Shown: in pieces, positions 36,513-48,304 of the stretch
How the letters are laid out: the number at the start of each line of letters is the position of its first letter
How positions within the stretch are numbered: position 1 is the stretch's first letter
Assembly: GCF_018350175.1 (NCBI RefSeq)
Contig: NC_058368.1
Span: 12,462,001 to 12,526,000, forward strand
Source of the DNA: Felis catus
Taxonomy: Eukaryota
Length of the DNA: 64,000 nt
Reading direction: 5' to 3'
Position numbers and translations under genes: made by a program
Notes under the pieces: model-generated
Database searches by the model: none
The model's input: the letters and a program-made list of their open reading frames with translations, nothing else
Told to the model about the DNA's origin: nothing

Positions 36513-38600
36513 AAAAATAACAACAACCAAAAGGGTTGCCCTAATAGAATTTCTGATCTAGAGGAGACTTACATGTTCCAGAAGTGGAGGTTGAGGAGAG
36601 ATGGAAAGGGAGCAAAGTTGAAAGTGCAGCAAGATTTATTGCCAGGGACAGTGTCAAACACAGAATCAAGAATGGGGGATTCAAATTCAACAGGGTGGAA
36701 GATGCAGGTTTAGATATAGATTTGGTCTTTATGGAGGAAGAAACTTTGAGAGTGGGTGAGATGCCTTCCTGAGGCTGGAGACCATGGGCACTGCCTGCAC
36801 TGAGGGAACACAGGGAGGAGTCAGTGAGCCTGTGAAGGAGCAGTCAGAGCCTTAAAAGAAGTACCAAAGTACTGCTCTATGATAGAAGCCAGGGAGGTCA
36901 TGGGCCCTCCAGGTGAAAATACCAAATGTTGAAAGGTCAAGGAGACAGATCTGGGACAGGTGGCCCCTGTGGGGAAGGGGTGGTCAGCTCTGGGAAACAA
37001 TGCACTGTGCCCTGGGGGTTGGTCAGTAAGATGCTACATGGTATTCTACATATGAGAACAAGTCCCCAGACTCTTAAGGGGTCTAGTTTATTCTTAGATG
37101 ATAATTTGCTGCCATAACTTATTTCTTGCTGCCACTTTTTTATTGTCAATAAAAATAACCTTTTTGTAGTTGTTACTCCTGAAGATTTGGAACAAAATAA
37201 AGCAAAACTCTAAGCATCTCAATTTTCACCAATAACTAGTGCACAGTTTTGCTCAAAAGATTACCATGAGAATGGGTTATAATGGCACTTGTGCATTTTA
37301 AAAATCTACAGTAGCAAACAAGAACCATATTCTAGTAAAAACATTTAATTTTGCTTCATGTCTTTTTTTCTGATATGAGGAGACATTTGGGAAGAAAGAC
37401 TGAAGTCTGAGGTATGTGCGTGTGAACTTCAGGACACCATGTGAAGAATACTGGGCTTTCTCTGAAAGGTAAAAAACAAAGTTATCTATCCAGAATTGTC
37501 AGTATTAAGGCTGTTAGTATGCATATTAATTCCAGTAGTTCTACCTAACAATAGAAAAAAATGGTACCTTAGCCTCATGGTGTTGCAAGAAATGTTAACA
37601 GAGGATTTAAATCACTCTTGCTCTGACCCTTAGGCTAGCCTCCTCCCCCTACACACACACACACACACTGTTCTCAGAAGATAAGAATGCATCCTATTTG
37701 TAATACTTTTAGGGAAGACTCTACAATATCCCTGAATAACCTATATCAGAATTGAAAATCCTAACTTAGAACAGGAAAGTATGTGATTACTCTCCATGGT
37801 TATGATGTAGTTCTTTTTGTCTTTTTTTTTTTTTTTTTTTTTTTTCTGATTCTGAAACCAGGGGGTAGGGCTGGGAACACAGGAAATAGAAACTGATTGA
37901 ATGGGTAAATCAGTAATAACACATCTAAAAACCAAATGAACAAAATCCTGTTATTAAACCATTCTCAATAGCCAATACAATTCTGGTAGAAATGTTTGGT
38001 ACATTTTAGTGGCTAAATGACTATTTTGATAGTGCTGGAACAATGCTGGTGCTGGTTATTGTTTACTGAATGAAACAGCTGAGCAAAGCTTTATTTTAAT
38101 GGGGGAAAGCCAATGTCTGGCTGTAGGTCCCTGGGGTCAGGGGAGGGGTGTCTCCAGACCTTCCTTGGCTATCAGACTTGTAATTCATGGAGGCTGGTAG
38201 TCAGTGGTTTCTGCAGGGAAGTGGACAGTTCAACCTGGAAGAATGCTTGGGGCAGCATGGCATGCCAAAGCCTCTACATTTCAGTGTAGACCACTGGACT
38301 TAGCTTCCAGGACCAGCCTGAGCCTCCACTGCTGCCATATGGTGAGCTCATCACCCTAAACATACCAAATGCATGCTGAGCTCTACCTTTCTGCTTTACA
38401 AGCGCCTAAATCTTACCTTGCAAGGCCCACCTGAAGCTCCACCTCCTCTATGATATCTTTACCCCACTGTGGTTCTCAGGAATAATTTCATTCTGTGAAA
38501 ACCTGTGTTTATTCTTTTAAAAAGTGCATTTGATACTTAGTATAACCCAGATCTAGTTTTCTGTACAGAGTTCCTATGAGAATCAAATAAGACAACATGT

Positions 38601-38826
38601 ATTTTTTTTAATTTTTTTAACACTTATTTTTGAGAGAGAGAGAGAGAGAGAGAGAGATCATGAGTGGGGGGAGGGGCAGAGAGAGAGGGAGACACAGAAT
38701 CCAAAGCAGGCTCCATGCTCTGAGCTGCCAGCACAGAGTCCGACACGGGGCTCAAACTCACAAACTGTGAGATCATGACCTGAGCCAAAGTCAGACGCTC
38801 AACAGACTGAGCCACCCAGGCTCCCC
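38601..38826 (-). mobile_element. Can-SINE
   Basis: TSD aagaca(a/g)catgt. Confidence 0.95.
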
Positions 38827-41199
38827 AAGACAGCATGTTTTTTAAAGCACCTTGTAAAACAGTACAAATTAAAAATATGTCCTATACTACTTTCTATGAC
38901 ATTTACAGAGTTTTTCATAAAAGCTATATGACAATGTTTAAAAGTCGGGAAATAAGAATATAATAATTTTGGTTGGGCAGATTATAATCATTACACAATG
39001 CAATTTATACCCTCGTATTTGTTCAGGTAACTCCTTTATGGACAGGATCCACATCTCTGATTTGACGTTTAACAGAATTTAGAAGGGTAGAGGTTTTCTC
39101 TTTGTATAGCACACCACTTAAATGTTCTCTCACTGGGAAGCCTTTGGAAGGACACTCTATATAATTTAAATAAATAGAATAGCTGCAGAAATAGATTATA
39201 AATATAGACTAAGATTAAAGCAACAGCCCCAGAAGTAGACAATATGAACATCCTCTTTTTACAGGTGACAGAGTGAAGGACAAAACGGTTCAGGTCACAC
39301 AGCTGGTGAAGAGTTGGGATTGAAACCAAACATTTTGATCCCAGAGTTCACACATTTTGTCACTTTGCTGTGACAATCTTTACATCAGCAGGGGTAGCAG
39401 CAAGGAGTTGAGCAAGATTCAATTCCATTTAATTCAAGCACCATTGACTGGCCATTTACTAAATGTCAGGATTTATGCTAAGTGCTGAGAATGAAAAATG
39501 AATGTGCTAAGATCCCTGTGCTCAAGGACAATGTTATCACATGACTCCTGTATGTACATAATTTTAATATTTTATGGTAAGTGCAATAATAAATGCATGC
39601 AAGACAGAAAGGTGTGCTCCTCATCAGAGAGATGCTTTACAGTTTGACTTGTTTTATTTCAAGTGTGGAGAATACCTTCATCACACATATCACGCACACA
39701 CAAACTCAAGTTCATGCACTAGGCATAGATAATTCCTTTGTGTGCTGCATGCTGTATTAGGTGAGACTGTGTACAAACCGGAGCACTATCTCTGCCGTTC
39801 CTGGAAGCAAGAAATTCAGCCAGGGGAAGGCAGAAGGCAGGAAAGGGCCAGAGAAACAGACAAATGAGAATATAATGGTGAAAGCGTTTTAAAAGAAGAA
39901 AGAACAAAGGTCACAGAGAAGATATTTGAATTAGATTTTAAAGAATGGACAGGCCCTTCACAAGCAAAAGTGGGGCCTGGGGCAGAGGGAGGTCAAGGGT
40001 GGGGACCAAGAGCTTTCCAGCAGAGGGGAATGTGCAAGACACAGACAGGTATAGGGGAAAGAGAGGCATGTTTAGGGCAAGGGAGAAGTCAGTGTGGCCG
40101 GAACATAAAGTACATTTGCTGCGGGGACAAAAGATGGAAGAAAAAATTGGACTGGGTCCAGACAGTGATTGGTTTATCAGCTCAGCTCAGAACTGTAGAC
40201 TTAATTACAAAGGCAACAAAGTGGCAAGAAATTCTAGAACCAAAAATAGTAATGACTTTTTGCTTATTTTAGATCACCTATATGGGTAGTATACAGGAAT
40301 ACTCAGTTCTGAGGATGGTATATTTCAAGATGTCAAATAGTATATTTATTACAAGAGTTTTACAATTTATATTAATATAAAAATATTAAATACTTTGGCC
40401 AGTTGGGCAGTAAGAAAGTCTGTTTAACTTTGTTTAATTCAGCCTCTGTTGAACTTAAGTCATTAAACATTTTTTAATTTTTCCCACCCACAGAACACCT
40501 ACTAAACACCTCACAGTTGGCCCATGTTCATTCTCAATAAGGGTGTGACCCAGGAGTGTCCCTATGTGTGTGGATTACACATCACTTCTTCAAAAAATCA
40601 TTCATGAAAAAACATTCATGGAATTTTAGAAATTGTAATTCCTCCCTTATGTGATATGAAGGATCTCCTTTTAGATTTCTCTCCAATGTATTCATTACTT
40701 TTATGGAATATAAGAAATTTATTCCTCACCATGGTTTTATAGAATGATACACCAAAGTCAAAAGACCATCCGGTAGTTTCCCCAAAGTGTCCCCCTTTAC
40801 CTTTCCAACATAGAATGAATCGAACGTTGTCTATGGCCACCGGGGACAGCAGTGGTCCCCTCCAACTCCATGGCAGGTCTTCCCCACCCCCAGTGAGAAT
40901 GCACAGATGAACCCAGGCTGCACTGCAGAATCATAAATACGGCCTGTCATACCTTATGGGCACTAAATCACGCGGATAGAATGTTCTTCGTGGAATTATC
41001 TGAAGTTCTGGGTTCTCTTGGGTAACTGCAGGTCATTTACACTGCATTTTAATTTTTATTTCTTCAGGGCATATCAGGTCTCACACTAAACTAATCCAGT
41101 TAGGAAAACTGTGCTCTGCTCGCTCGTGTCACAGGGCTTTCACACAGGTGTCTCCTGCTCCCTCACAACTTTTTCTTCTACCCCCTCTCTTTCCCCACA

Positions 41200-41465
41200 G
41201 GGAACTCCTCTTCAGGCCTCACTGAACTGTCTCTTCTCCTATCATCCTCCCCAGACTGGGAAGGCCGCCTTGTCAACTCTTGCAATATCATTTGTCTTTT
41301 CCTACTTAGCACTGACGTCAGCTGTAATGTTAAGTTTATCATTTGTGGCTATTTGTTTATCATTGGTCCTGTCTGTAGACCATGAGCTCCACGAAGGCAG
41401 GGGCTCTGTTTCTGTTCAGTGCTGTGTTGCAGCATGTAGCACACAAATGTTAAACAAACATGGAT
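41200..41465 (+). mobile_element. LINE2 3' end
   Basis: tagaccatgagctccacgaaggcaggggctctgtttctgttcagtgctgtg. Confidence 0.6.
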
Positions 41466-42780
41466 CAAAGAACACCAAGAATTCATAATTTAAGAGAAAG
41501 GAAAGTGAGACTCTTCATGAATTGGCTACAGCATAGACCCCATTTCTAGAATTAAGGCTCTTTTTGAAATTACAGAGAAATGTTCTTCCACTGATAAGAG
41601 CTTATTGATATAATAGCTTTATTTTCCTAGTTATAAATATTAGCTATTAATATTACTATTATATTTGGTGAACAGCTTAAACTTACCTGCCTTTAATTTT
41701 ATCCTATGACGTCCAACTTCTAGAGAGTACTTTCTCTGTATGTGTAACCGAATTCTTCAAGTTGGCATTCATACACTTCAAATGCTTTTAGCCTCACGTT
41801 CTATTCACTATTACTTCGTCACACTACACATTGTTTGTTCCTTTAGTATGCTCCGGAAATCACTCTCCCCTATTGCTTTTATTATTCCTGTGGATCTTTC
41901 CAAACTTCTAATTTATAAATCCCTTTGTGGCACTGGAGCATTAGACCAAAGACAGTATTGTGTGCGTTTAGTTCTCAGTGGATCTGGTCTGGGCTGTGCT
42001 GGTGGGTGACATCTAGTTGGATCTCCCATTATAATGATGAAAAAAAATCCAGGAAATCAAGCTTTCAGAATATATTTAGATTCTTTCACAAGACACATAA
42101 TATTTCTCCCATGTTTCCCTCGGTGTTCCACAGAAATGCCACCTGGGTAGAGTTATGCTTCCTCTGAGGTTGAGTTCCTGTGGGATACCACACACAGAGA
42201 GGACTCTGGCAACCTCCAGTGGAAACAGCACACCATCAGCTCTTCATTTGAAAAACAAAACTGCACATCCTCTTCCTAGTCATCCTCCTGTCCCACCTGC
42301 CTGGTACCTGGGTGTTTTGTGAGCTTGTTTTCTTACCAGGGGATTACTTCCTGTGGTGGGGGGGGGGGGGGAGGTGCAGTTTGGACAGCTAACTGTATAC
42401 GGCAAGCAGCTCGTTCAGGGGCACACCGTTAGGTGATTAATTTGACCTGACAGACCAAGACAACATAGAAGCTGGAATTCAAACTTTGACTGTGTGCTTC
42501 TATTTAATGTGTCACCTGTAAGATAAATTAGCCCTGGAAGAGCAACTTGGCTGACTAACCCAGCGCTAAAGCAGAGATGATGAAGGTCTTAAGAACAGTG
42601 TCTTGCACGATGTGGTCCAATCACAGACCATCTTCAGATGAAAGGAAGTGAGATTGCCGTCATATAAAAATACCTTAAATCTGACTAATAATTTCAACTA
42701 GATGACCCTTCCTCTAGCTTTAATCCTAGCTGTTGACCACTTTGTAATGATTGAAGGGAAATACTTCTCTTCAGTTTTCT

Positions 42781-43000
42781 TTTTTTTTAATTTTTTTTTA
42801 ACGTTTATTTATTTTTGAGACAGAGAGAGACAGAGCATGAACGGGGGAGGGTCAGAGAGAGGGAGACACAGAATCTGAAACAGGCTCCAGGCTCTGAGCT
42901 GTCGGCACAGAGCCCGACGCGGGGCTTGAACTCACGGACCGCGAGATCATGACCTGAGCCGAAGTCGGACGCTTAACTGACTGAGCCACCCAGGCTCCCC
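42781..43000 (-). mobile_element. Can-SINE (SINEC_Fc)
   Basis: CpG-rich body with a perfect 16-bp TSD ttctcttcagttttct at 42765-42780 and 43001-43016. Confidence 0.97.
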
Positions 43001-43220
43001 TTCTCTTCAGTTTTCTAAACTGATGGTTAAAGCACTGTAATGTTGTCAGCCAAGCCAGGAATCCAGGAGGCAGGCTGCTAAACCAAATCACATAAAACCA
43101 CTCAGCATGGCTTGTTAAACACTGACCAATTAATACTTTAATGCTCCTTAAGAGAATGCTGAATCAATTGTCTTGAGAAAGCAAATGTTTTTGAATCAAA
43201 TGAATTGATATTAATAAACT

Positions 43221-43676
43221 GCAGAGAACTTTAAAAATCTACCAGTTAGTACTATAGCACAAAAGTAAGCCCCTAAGTATAACAGTACAATAGTTATTTA
43301 GCACAAAGACATGCATTAAGATATCCTAATTTGAATTATAAAATAACAACTTGAAATATAAAGTATAAGAACTATCCTGATGGTGGGGTGCCTGGGTGGC
43401 TCAGTTGGTTAAGTGGTTAAGCATCTGACTCTTGACTTCAGCTCAGGTCATGATGTCATGGATTGTGGGTTTGAGGCACCAGGTGCCCCACCCTCAGGAT
43501 AGTTCTTACTTTATATTTCAAGTTGTTATTTTATAATTCAAATTAGGACATTTTAACATATATCTTTGTGCTAAATCATGTATCTTTGTGCTAAATAACT
43601 ATTGTACTGTGATACTTCCAGGCTTTACTTACACTTGTGCTATAGTACTAACTGGTAGATTTTTAAAGTTCGCTGC
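43221..43676. repeat. Long imperfect inverted repeat (arms about 43221-43395 and 43479-43676)
   Basis: For example tcctaatttgaattataaaataacaacttgaaatataaagta pairs with tactttatatttcaagttgttattttataattcaaattagga, and aactttaaaaatctaccagttagtactatagcacaa pairs with ttgtgctatagtactaactggtagatttttaaagtt. Confidence 0.97.
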
Positions 43677-43813
43677 CATTCTCTGCCTTGATAGTGTAGA
43701 GTCTGCTTGGAGTTCTCTCTCTCCCTCTCTCTCTCTGTCTCTCCCTGACTCATCCTCTCTCTCTCTCTCTCAAAATAAATGAAAAAACTTAAAACAAAAC
43801 AAAATAAAAAAAA
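43385..43813 (+). mobile_element. Can-SINE containing an inverted copy of its upstream flank
   Basis: Head at 43385-43478, insert at 43479-43676, 3' part at 43681-43813. 18-bp TSD aagaactatcctgatggt at 43367-43384 and 43814-43831. Confidence 0.92.
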
Positions 43814-44137
43814 AAGAACTATCCTGATGGTTAGTCAATCCCATTGTCAATCCCATTGTCCACAGGGATGTAATCCTCAGATTCATTTCTTTCATCCCTT
43901 AGAGCAACCGTAATTTACCTCTGCTTAATCCTTACTCCAGCCACCTCTACCTCCAAAGAGTTTGCTGTGCTGAGGGAAAGAGAAATTAGTTAAATGTGCC
44001 CACAGCTCCATGGGAAGACCTAAAATAGTGAACCATAGCAGAGGGTAGGTGACCTACAGATGGAACCAAAATGATGGCAGAAAAGAGAGACTCAAAAATA
44101 AAAATAAAAATAAAAATAAAAATAAAAAACATACATA

Positions 44138-44362
44138 GGGGCACCTGGGTGGCTCAATTGGTTAAGCATCCGACTCTTTGATTTCGGCTCGGGTCATGAT
44201 CTCACAGTTTGTAGGTTCGAGCCCCACATCAGGCTCTGTGCTGACAGCCTGGAGCCTGCTTGGGATTCTCTCTCTCCCTCTCTCTCTGCCCCTCTCCTGC
44301 TCACTCTCTCTCTCTGTCTCTCAAAAATAAAGAAATAACATTAATTTTTTTTAAATATTAAA
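44138..44362 (+). mobile_element. Can-SINE
   Basis: Canonical body with TSD aaaaaacata(c/t)ata. Confidence 0.95.
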
Positions 44363-45850
44363 AAAACATATATAACCCTCTTCCCAAATCATGTATGGCT
44401 TGACAATAGTTCTAGCTTCTCTGGTGTCCAAGTGTCCAATATGCCAACAAATCCTAGATTTTTACTTTGGAAAAAAAAAAAAAAGATTCTAAAAAGCAGG
44501 AAAGGGATACATGTCTTAAATACATCCACAGAGTAGCAAATTAGGAAAGTTCTGGAGAAGAAAAAAAAAAGGCAAAGTCTTCCTGGGTACAGCTGTCCTG
44601 AGCTGTGAGCTCAAGAGTAAAATTGCTGTAAAAATTAAGAGTGCAGAAGCCAGAGGAACTGGCAGCTGTAAGGAAAAGAGTATTCACCTGAAATGGTCCA
44701 AAAATAGAGACCAGGGTTGTGACCTGGTTAAGAGCAGAGATAATAGTAAACTAGAAGGGGAACTGGAGATAATTGTAAAAGTCTAGTTCATGGTAAATAA
44801 CACTGAGTCGAACTGAGTGATATGACTGAATTTGTAATTATTTTCTTGCTTTTGTATTCGTTAATTCATTATGTATTTGTTATATTTATATCAGCTGAAT
44901 TTGAGTTCATGAAACAGAAAGCAGCTTCCCTTCAACATTCGGCCTTCAGATCCTCTGTTAACCATTTCTTCAACATTCTTGAGGTGAAATCTGAAGGGTC
45001 ATGGTTCTTCGTATCACACAGATGATTGAAAGTATCTGGTCACCTTTGATCATAAGAACAATCTCATTTTAGCAACTGAAATATCCAGTCCACTGTAATC
45101 ATAAAAAGCTTCAAATCTGATCCCAGATGAAAGCTTTTCTGTTTCCCAGCCTTGCTCTTCAGTCTTCCTTTTGTCTCCCCCCACGCCCCTCACCCCACCC
45201 AGCTTTCACTGGATCACCCTTGCCTGCCTCCTCAGGGCTCACAATGGGTGGAGAGAGCTGAAGCCAGAGAAACAAAAGGTCTTATGTACTGAGCTGGCTG
45301 GTGCCCTCTGGATGAGGCAGATACCTAGCGCCAATCCTGTCCCACGAGGTCACATGCTGGATTTCCTTCTTGGCTGGGCATCTGGTGGCATTCCCACTCT
45401 GTCGCGATCAGTTTCCCCTACAGACGGTTCTCGTGCTGACTTCCTGTGTAGGGCCCACATCTGGCTCAGGACAAGTACCCGTGCCTGCTGCCATCAGTGG
45501 GAAAGCAGCTCTCTCCCATGTCTCTCTCCTTTTGTTCCACCCTTGTGGCAGGCCGTTCAAAGCACACACCTCTGCCTTTTGTTTCCTCAGAAAGGAATTA
45601 CGCACCATTTTCTGGCCCTCAATAAAGTCCAGAGAATATCAGTCAAATTCTCTGGTCCCTTCATGCAGTGGGGCCCACGGGGTCCCTCTATTTGTCTTAA
45701 AGTGAGAGAGAAACACAGCATAGTGACCATTCCACCAATTATAGAGCTGCCTTCCTTACTCTTCAATTTCCACCCTTTAAAAATTTTGAGGTGGATGATG
45801 TGCTGAGAACAAAACAGAATTTTAACTATGCTTTTTGCAAACCCTGCACT

Positions 45851-46070
45851 GGGGCGCCTGGGTGGCGCAGTCGGTTAAGCGTCCGACTTCAGCCAGGTCA
45901 CGATCTCGCGGTCCGTGAGTTCGAGCCCCGCGTCAGGCTCTGGGCTGATGGCTCGGAGCCTGGAGCCTGTTTCCGATTCTGTGTCTCCCTCTCTCTCTGC
46001 CCCTCCCCCGTTCATGCTCTGTCTCTCTCTGTCCCAAAAATAAATAAACGTTGAAAAAACAAACAAAAAA
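45851..46070 (+). mobile_element. Very young Can-SINE (SINEC_Fc)
   Basis: CpGs apparently intact, nearly identical to the 14162 and 20018 copies, TSD aaaccctgca. Confidence 0.97.
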
Positions 46071-48019
46071 AAACCCTGCATAGGCCTTCTAGTATCTTGG
46101 TTTGGAATTGGGGCAAGGAGTGGAGGGGCCTGGCACCTGATGGTTTGACCTTCATAGCAGGGAATCTCAGCTGAAGCTAAATAAAATGGTTCTACTTTAT
46201 CACGGGGTTACAATTAAGAAACATCTAGCTAGTGCTCATTTTATGCGAGGCTCTGTTCTAGGTGCTGGAGATTCAAAATGAAAAGACGAGGTCACCTGTC
46301 TTGAGGAGCTCACAGTGTAGGGAACATTGCCCTCTTCGCCACACTTTGTGTGCGAGTTTTAGGTGGTTTTTATTCTCCAAAGCACCTGAGTATTTCGTGG
46401 GCTGTGAGGTGGGAAAGGGACAAGCACAAGTGTGGGGAGATCAAGGGGGTGTGTTTCTATAAGGCTGGACCTGCCACATAGAGTTTCTCATCCCCCACGA
46501 GAAATGCAAAAATCAGGAGGTGAGAAGAGCCAAGAGTTGGAAGTCAGGGTCCAGGAAGCCTCAAAGGACATCTACTGGGTTGCAGAAGAGTAGGGACCAG
46601 AGACCAGTATCAAGCCTGGGTTCTAAGAACTACAGGAAAATTGAACAAAAATACCCAGTTGAGAGTAAATGGGCAAAGATCAAGAGAAGTTGCCTAGATG
46701 AGGCCACTGTGGCTTGCTTTCACTTGTTGGAAAAAGCATGGTACCAGAGTGGGTCGGCAAAGTTAAGGGCCAGCTATGACCACGGGGCTGAGTGCCGCAG
46801 GAGGAACTCTGTATAGGTCGGGAAGAGCTCTTGAGCCCAGGTGGTTGTTGCGTGAAGCCTATAGAGAGAGGTCACGGGCTGAGCACCCCAATAGGGAAGC
46901 AGCTTAAGAAGATGCCGAAGCTCAAATCCTACTGGTGAGATTCCTGCTTTCCTCTTGGGTTACTTTAATTAAATTCTGTCCTTTCTTCAGAGCTCACCTA
47001 AGTCATATCTTTTCTAGAGCCTCACTGAGATGTCTCTTTCCTCTGAATTTTAAGAGGAGTTAGGAAATTAGCAACATGTTGCTCTGCATTGTCAATTCAT
47101 CTTTGTAGACACACCCTATCCTTTGACTTAGTGAAGCACAGGACCCAAAATAGCCTGCTTGGCACCTGTCCTACAGCCTGGCAGCTATACCCATGTCACT
47201 CACACTGGCAGGTTAAGCTCTGCCATGGCCTGGGACACCAATTCTCATATTGATGGCCTTACCGCAGACATTTACCTTGTGTCATTTTTGCTGCTGGTGA
47301 CTTTTGTGTCCCAAGCCCCTAGTGCCTTTCTGACTCTTCATATTTTTGCCTCATATATCAGTCTTTCAGAGGGTCGAGGTCATGCTCAAATAATAGCTGA
47401 AGCATAAGGCACATGTAACTGGTATATGAGGAAAAATGACCCATGTAATCAGACATTTCTGGGAGGAAGAGGCTCCTTCCTCCCCTGACCAGGGGTGCTA
47501 TAGTAGAAGGAACTCTGGGGGAGGAAGGCTGTGGAGCTTTCTGGTAAAGGAGGCAGGGGGGTGAGCTGAGCCAGGGAAGGTCTGGGTTGCTTCTCACTCA
47601 TCCTCTCCATCACCTACCACCTGTAGCTCTTTATTTTCTTGTCATAGGGTAATAAAATGAGTTTGCAAATCTTTCACTATCATAAACTATAGAGAACAAA
47701 AACAGAAAACACTCCATTAACTCAATTGGAAATTAATCATTCTCTGATATCCAAACCATATGTTCACATTTCAGTACTTATAGATGTATAAATAAAAATT
47801 AAAAATTTATGTCCCTTAAATCTATATTATATAGTCATATAGTCTAATAATCATGTCAATGGCAATTAAAATCCATTTTCTATATTATACCCATTTTATT
47901 TAATGCTTAGGAAGCAAGACTGTCCTGTGACTCTGATCTAAATATCTTCGCAAGTCTGAAAGTAATTACAATATTTTTTTACGTTATACTGTTAAAAGTC
48001 TGATTTATTTTCTAGTCTT

Positions 48020-48304
48020 ATTTATTTTTTATTTAATTTTTTCTTTTTTTAAAATTTACATTTTACTTTGTTAATATATAGTGCAATATTGGTTTCAGGA
48101 GTAGAAATCAGTGCCCTAAAAAAATTTTTTTTAATGTTTATTTATTTTTGAGGAGGAGGGGAAAAGAGAGAAAGCGGACAGAGGATCCCACATGGGCTCT
48201 GGTTGACAGCAGAGACCCAGATGCAGGGCTCAAATTCAGGAACCGCGAGATCATGACCTCAGCTGAAGTCAGAGGCACAATCCACTGAGCCACCCAGGTG
48301 TCCC
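48020..48304 (-). mobile_element. Short carnivore L1 3'-end fragment (about 48020-48113) adjoining a Can-SINE (about 48120-48304)
   Basis: T-rich tail followed by aaatttaca...gttaatatatagtgcaatattggtttcaggagtagaa (recalled carnivore L1 3' end), then a reverse-complement SINE. Confidence 0.75.

Noticed and set aside
45171..45806. 211-aa plus-strand ORF
   Set aside because: Non-ATG start, no recognisable homology or exon structure, and a composition typical of chance ORFs.
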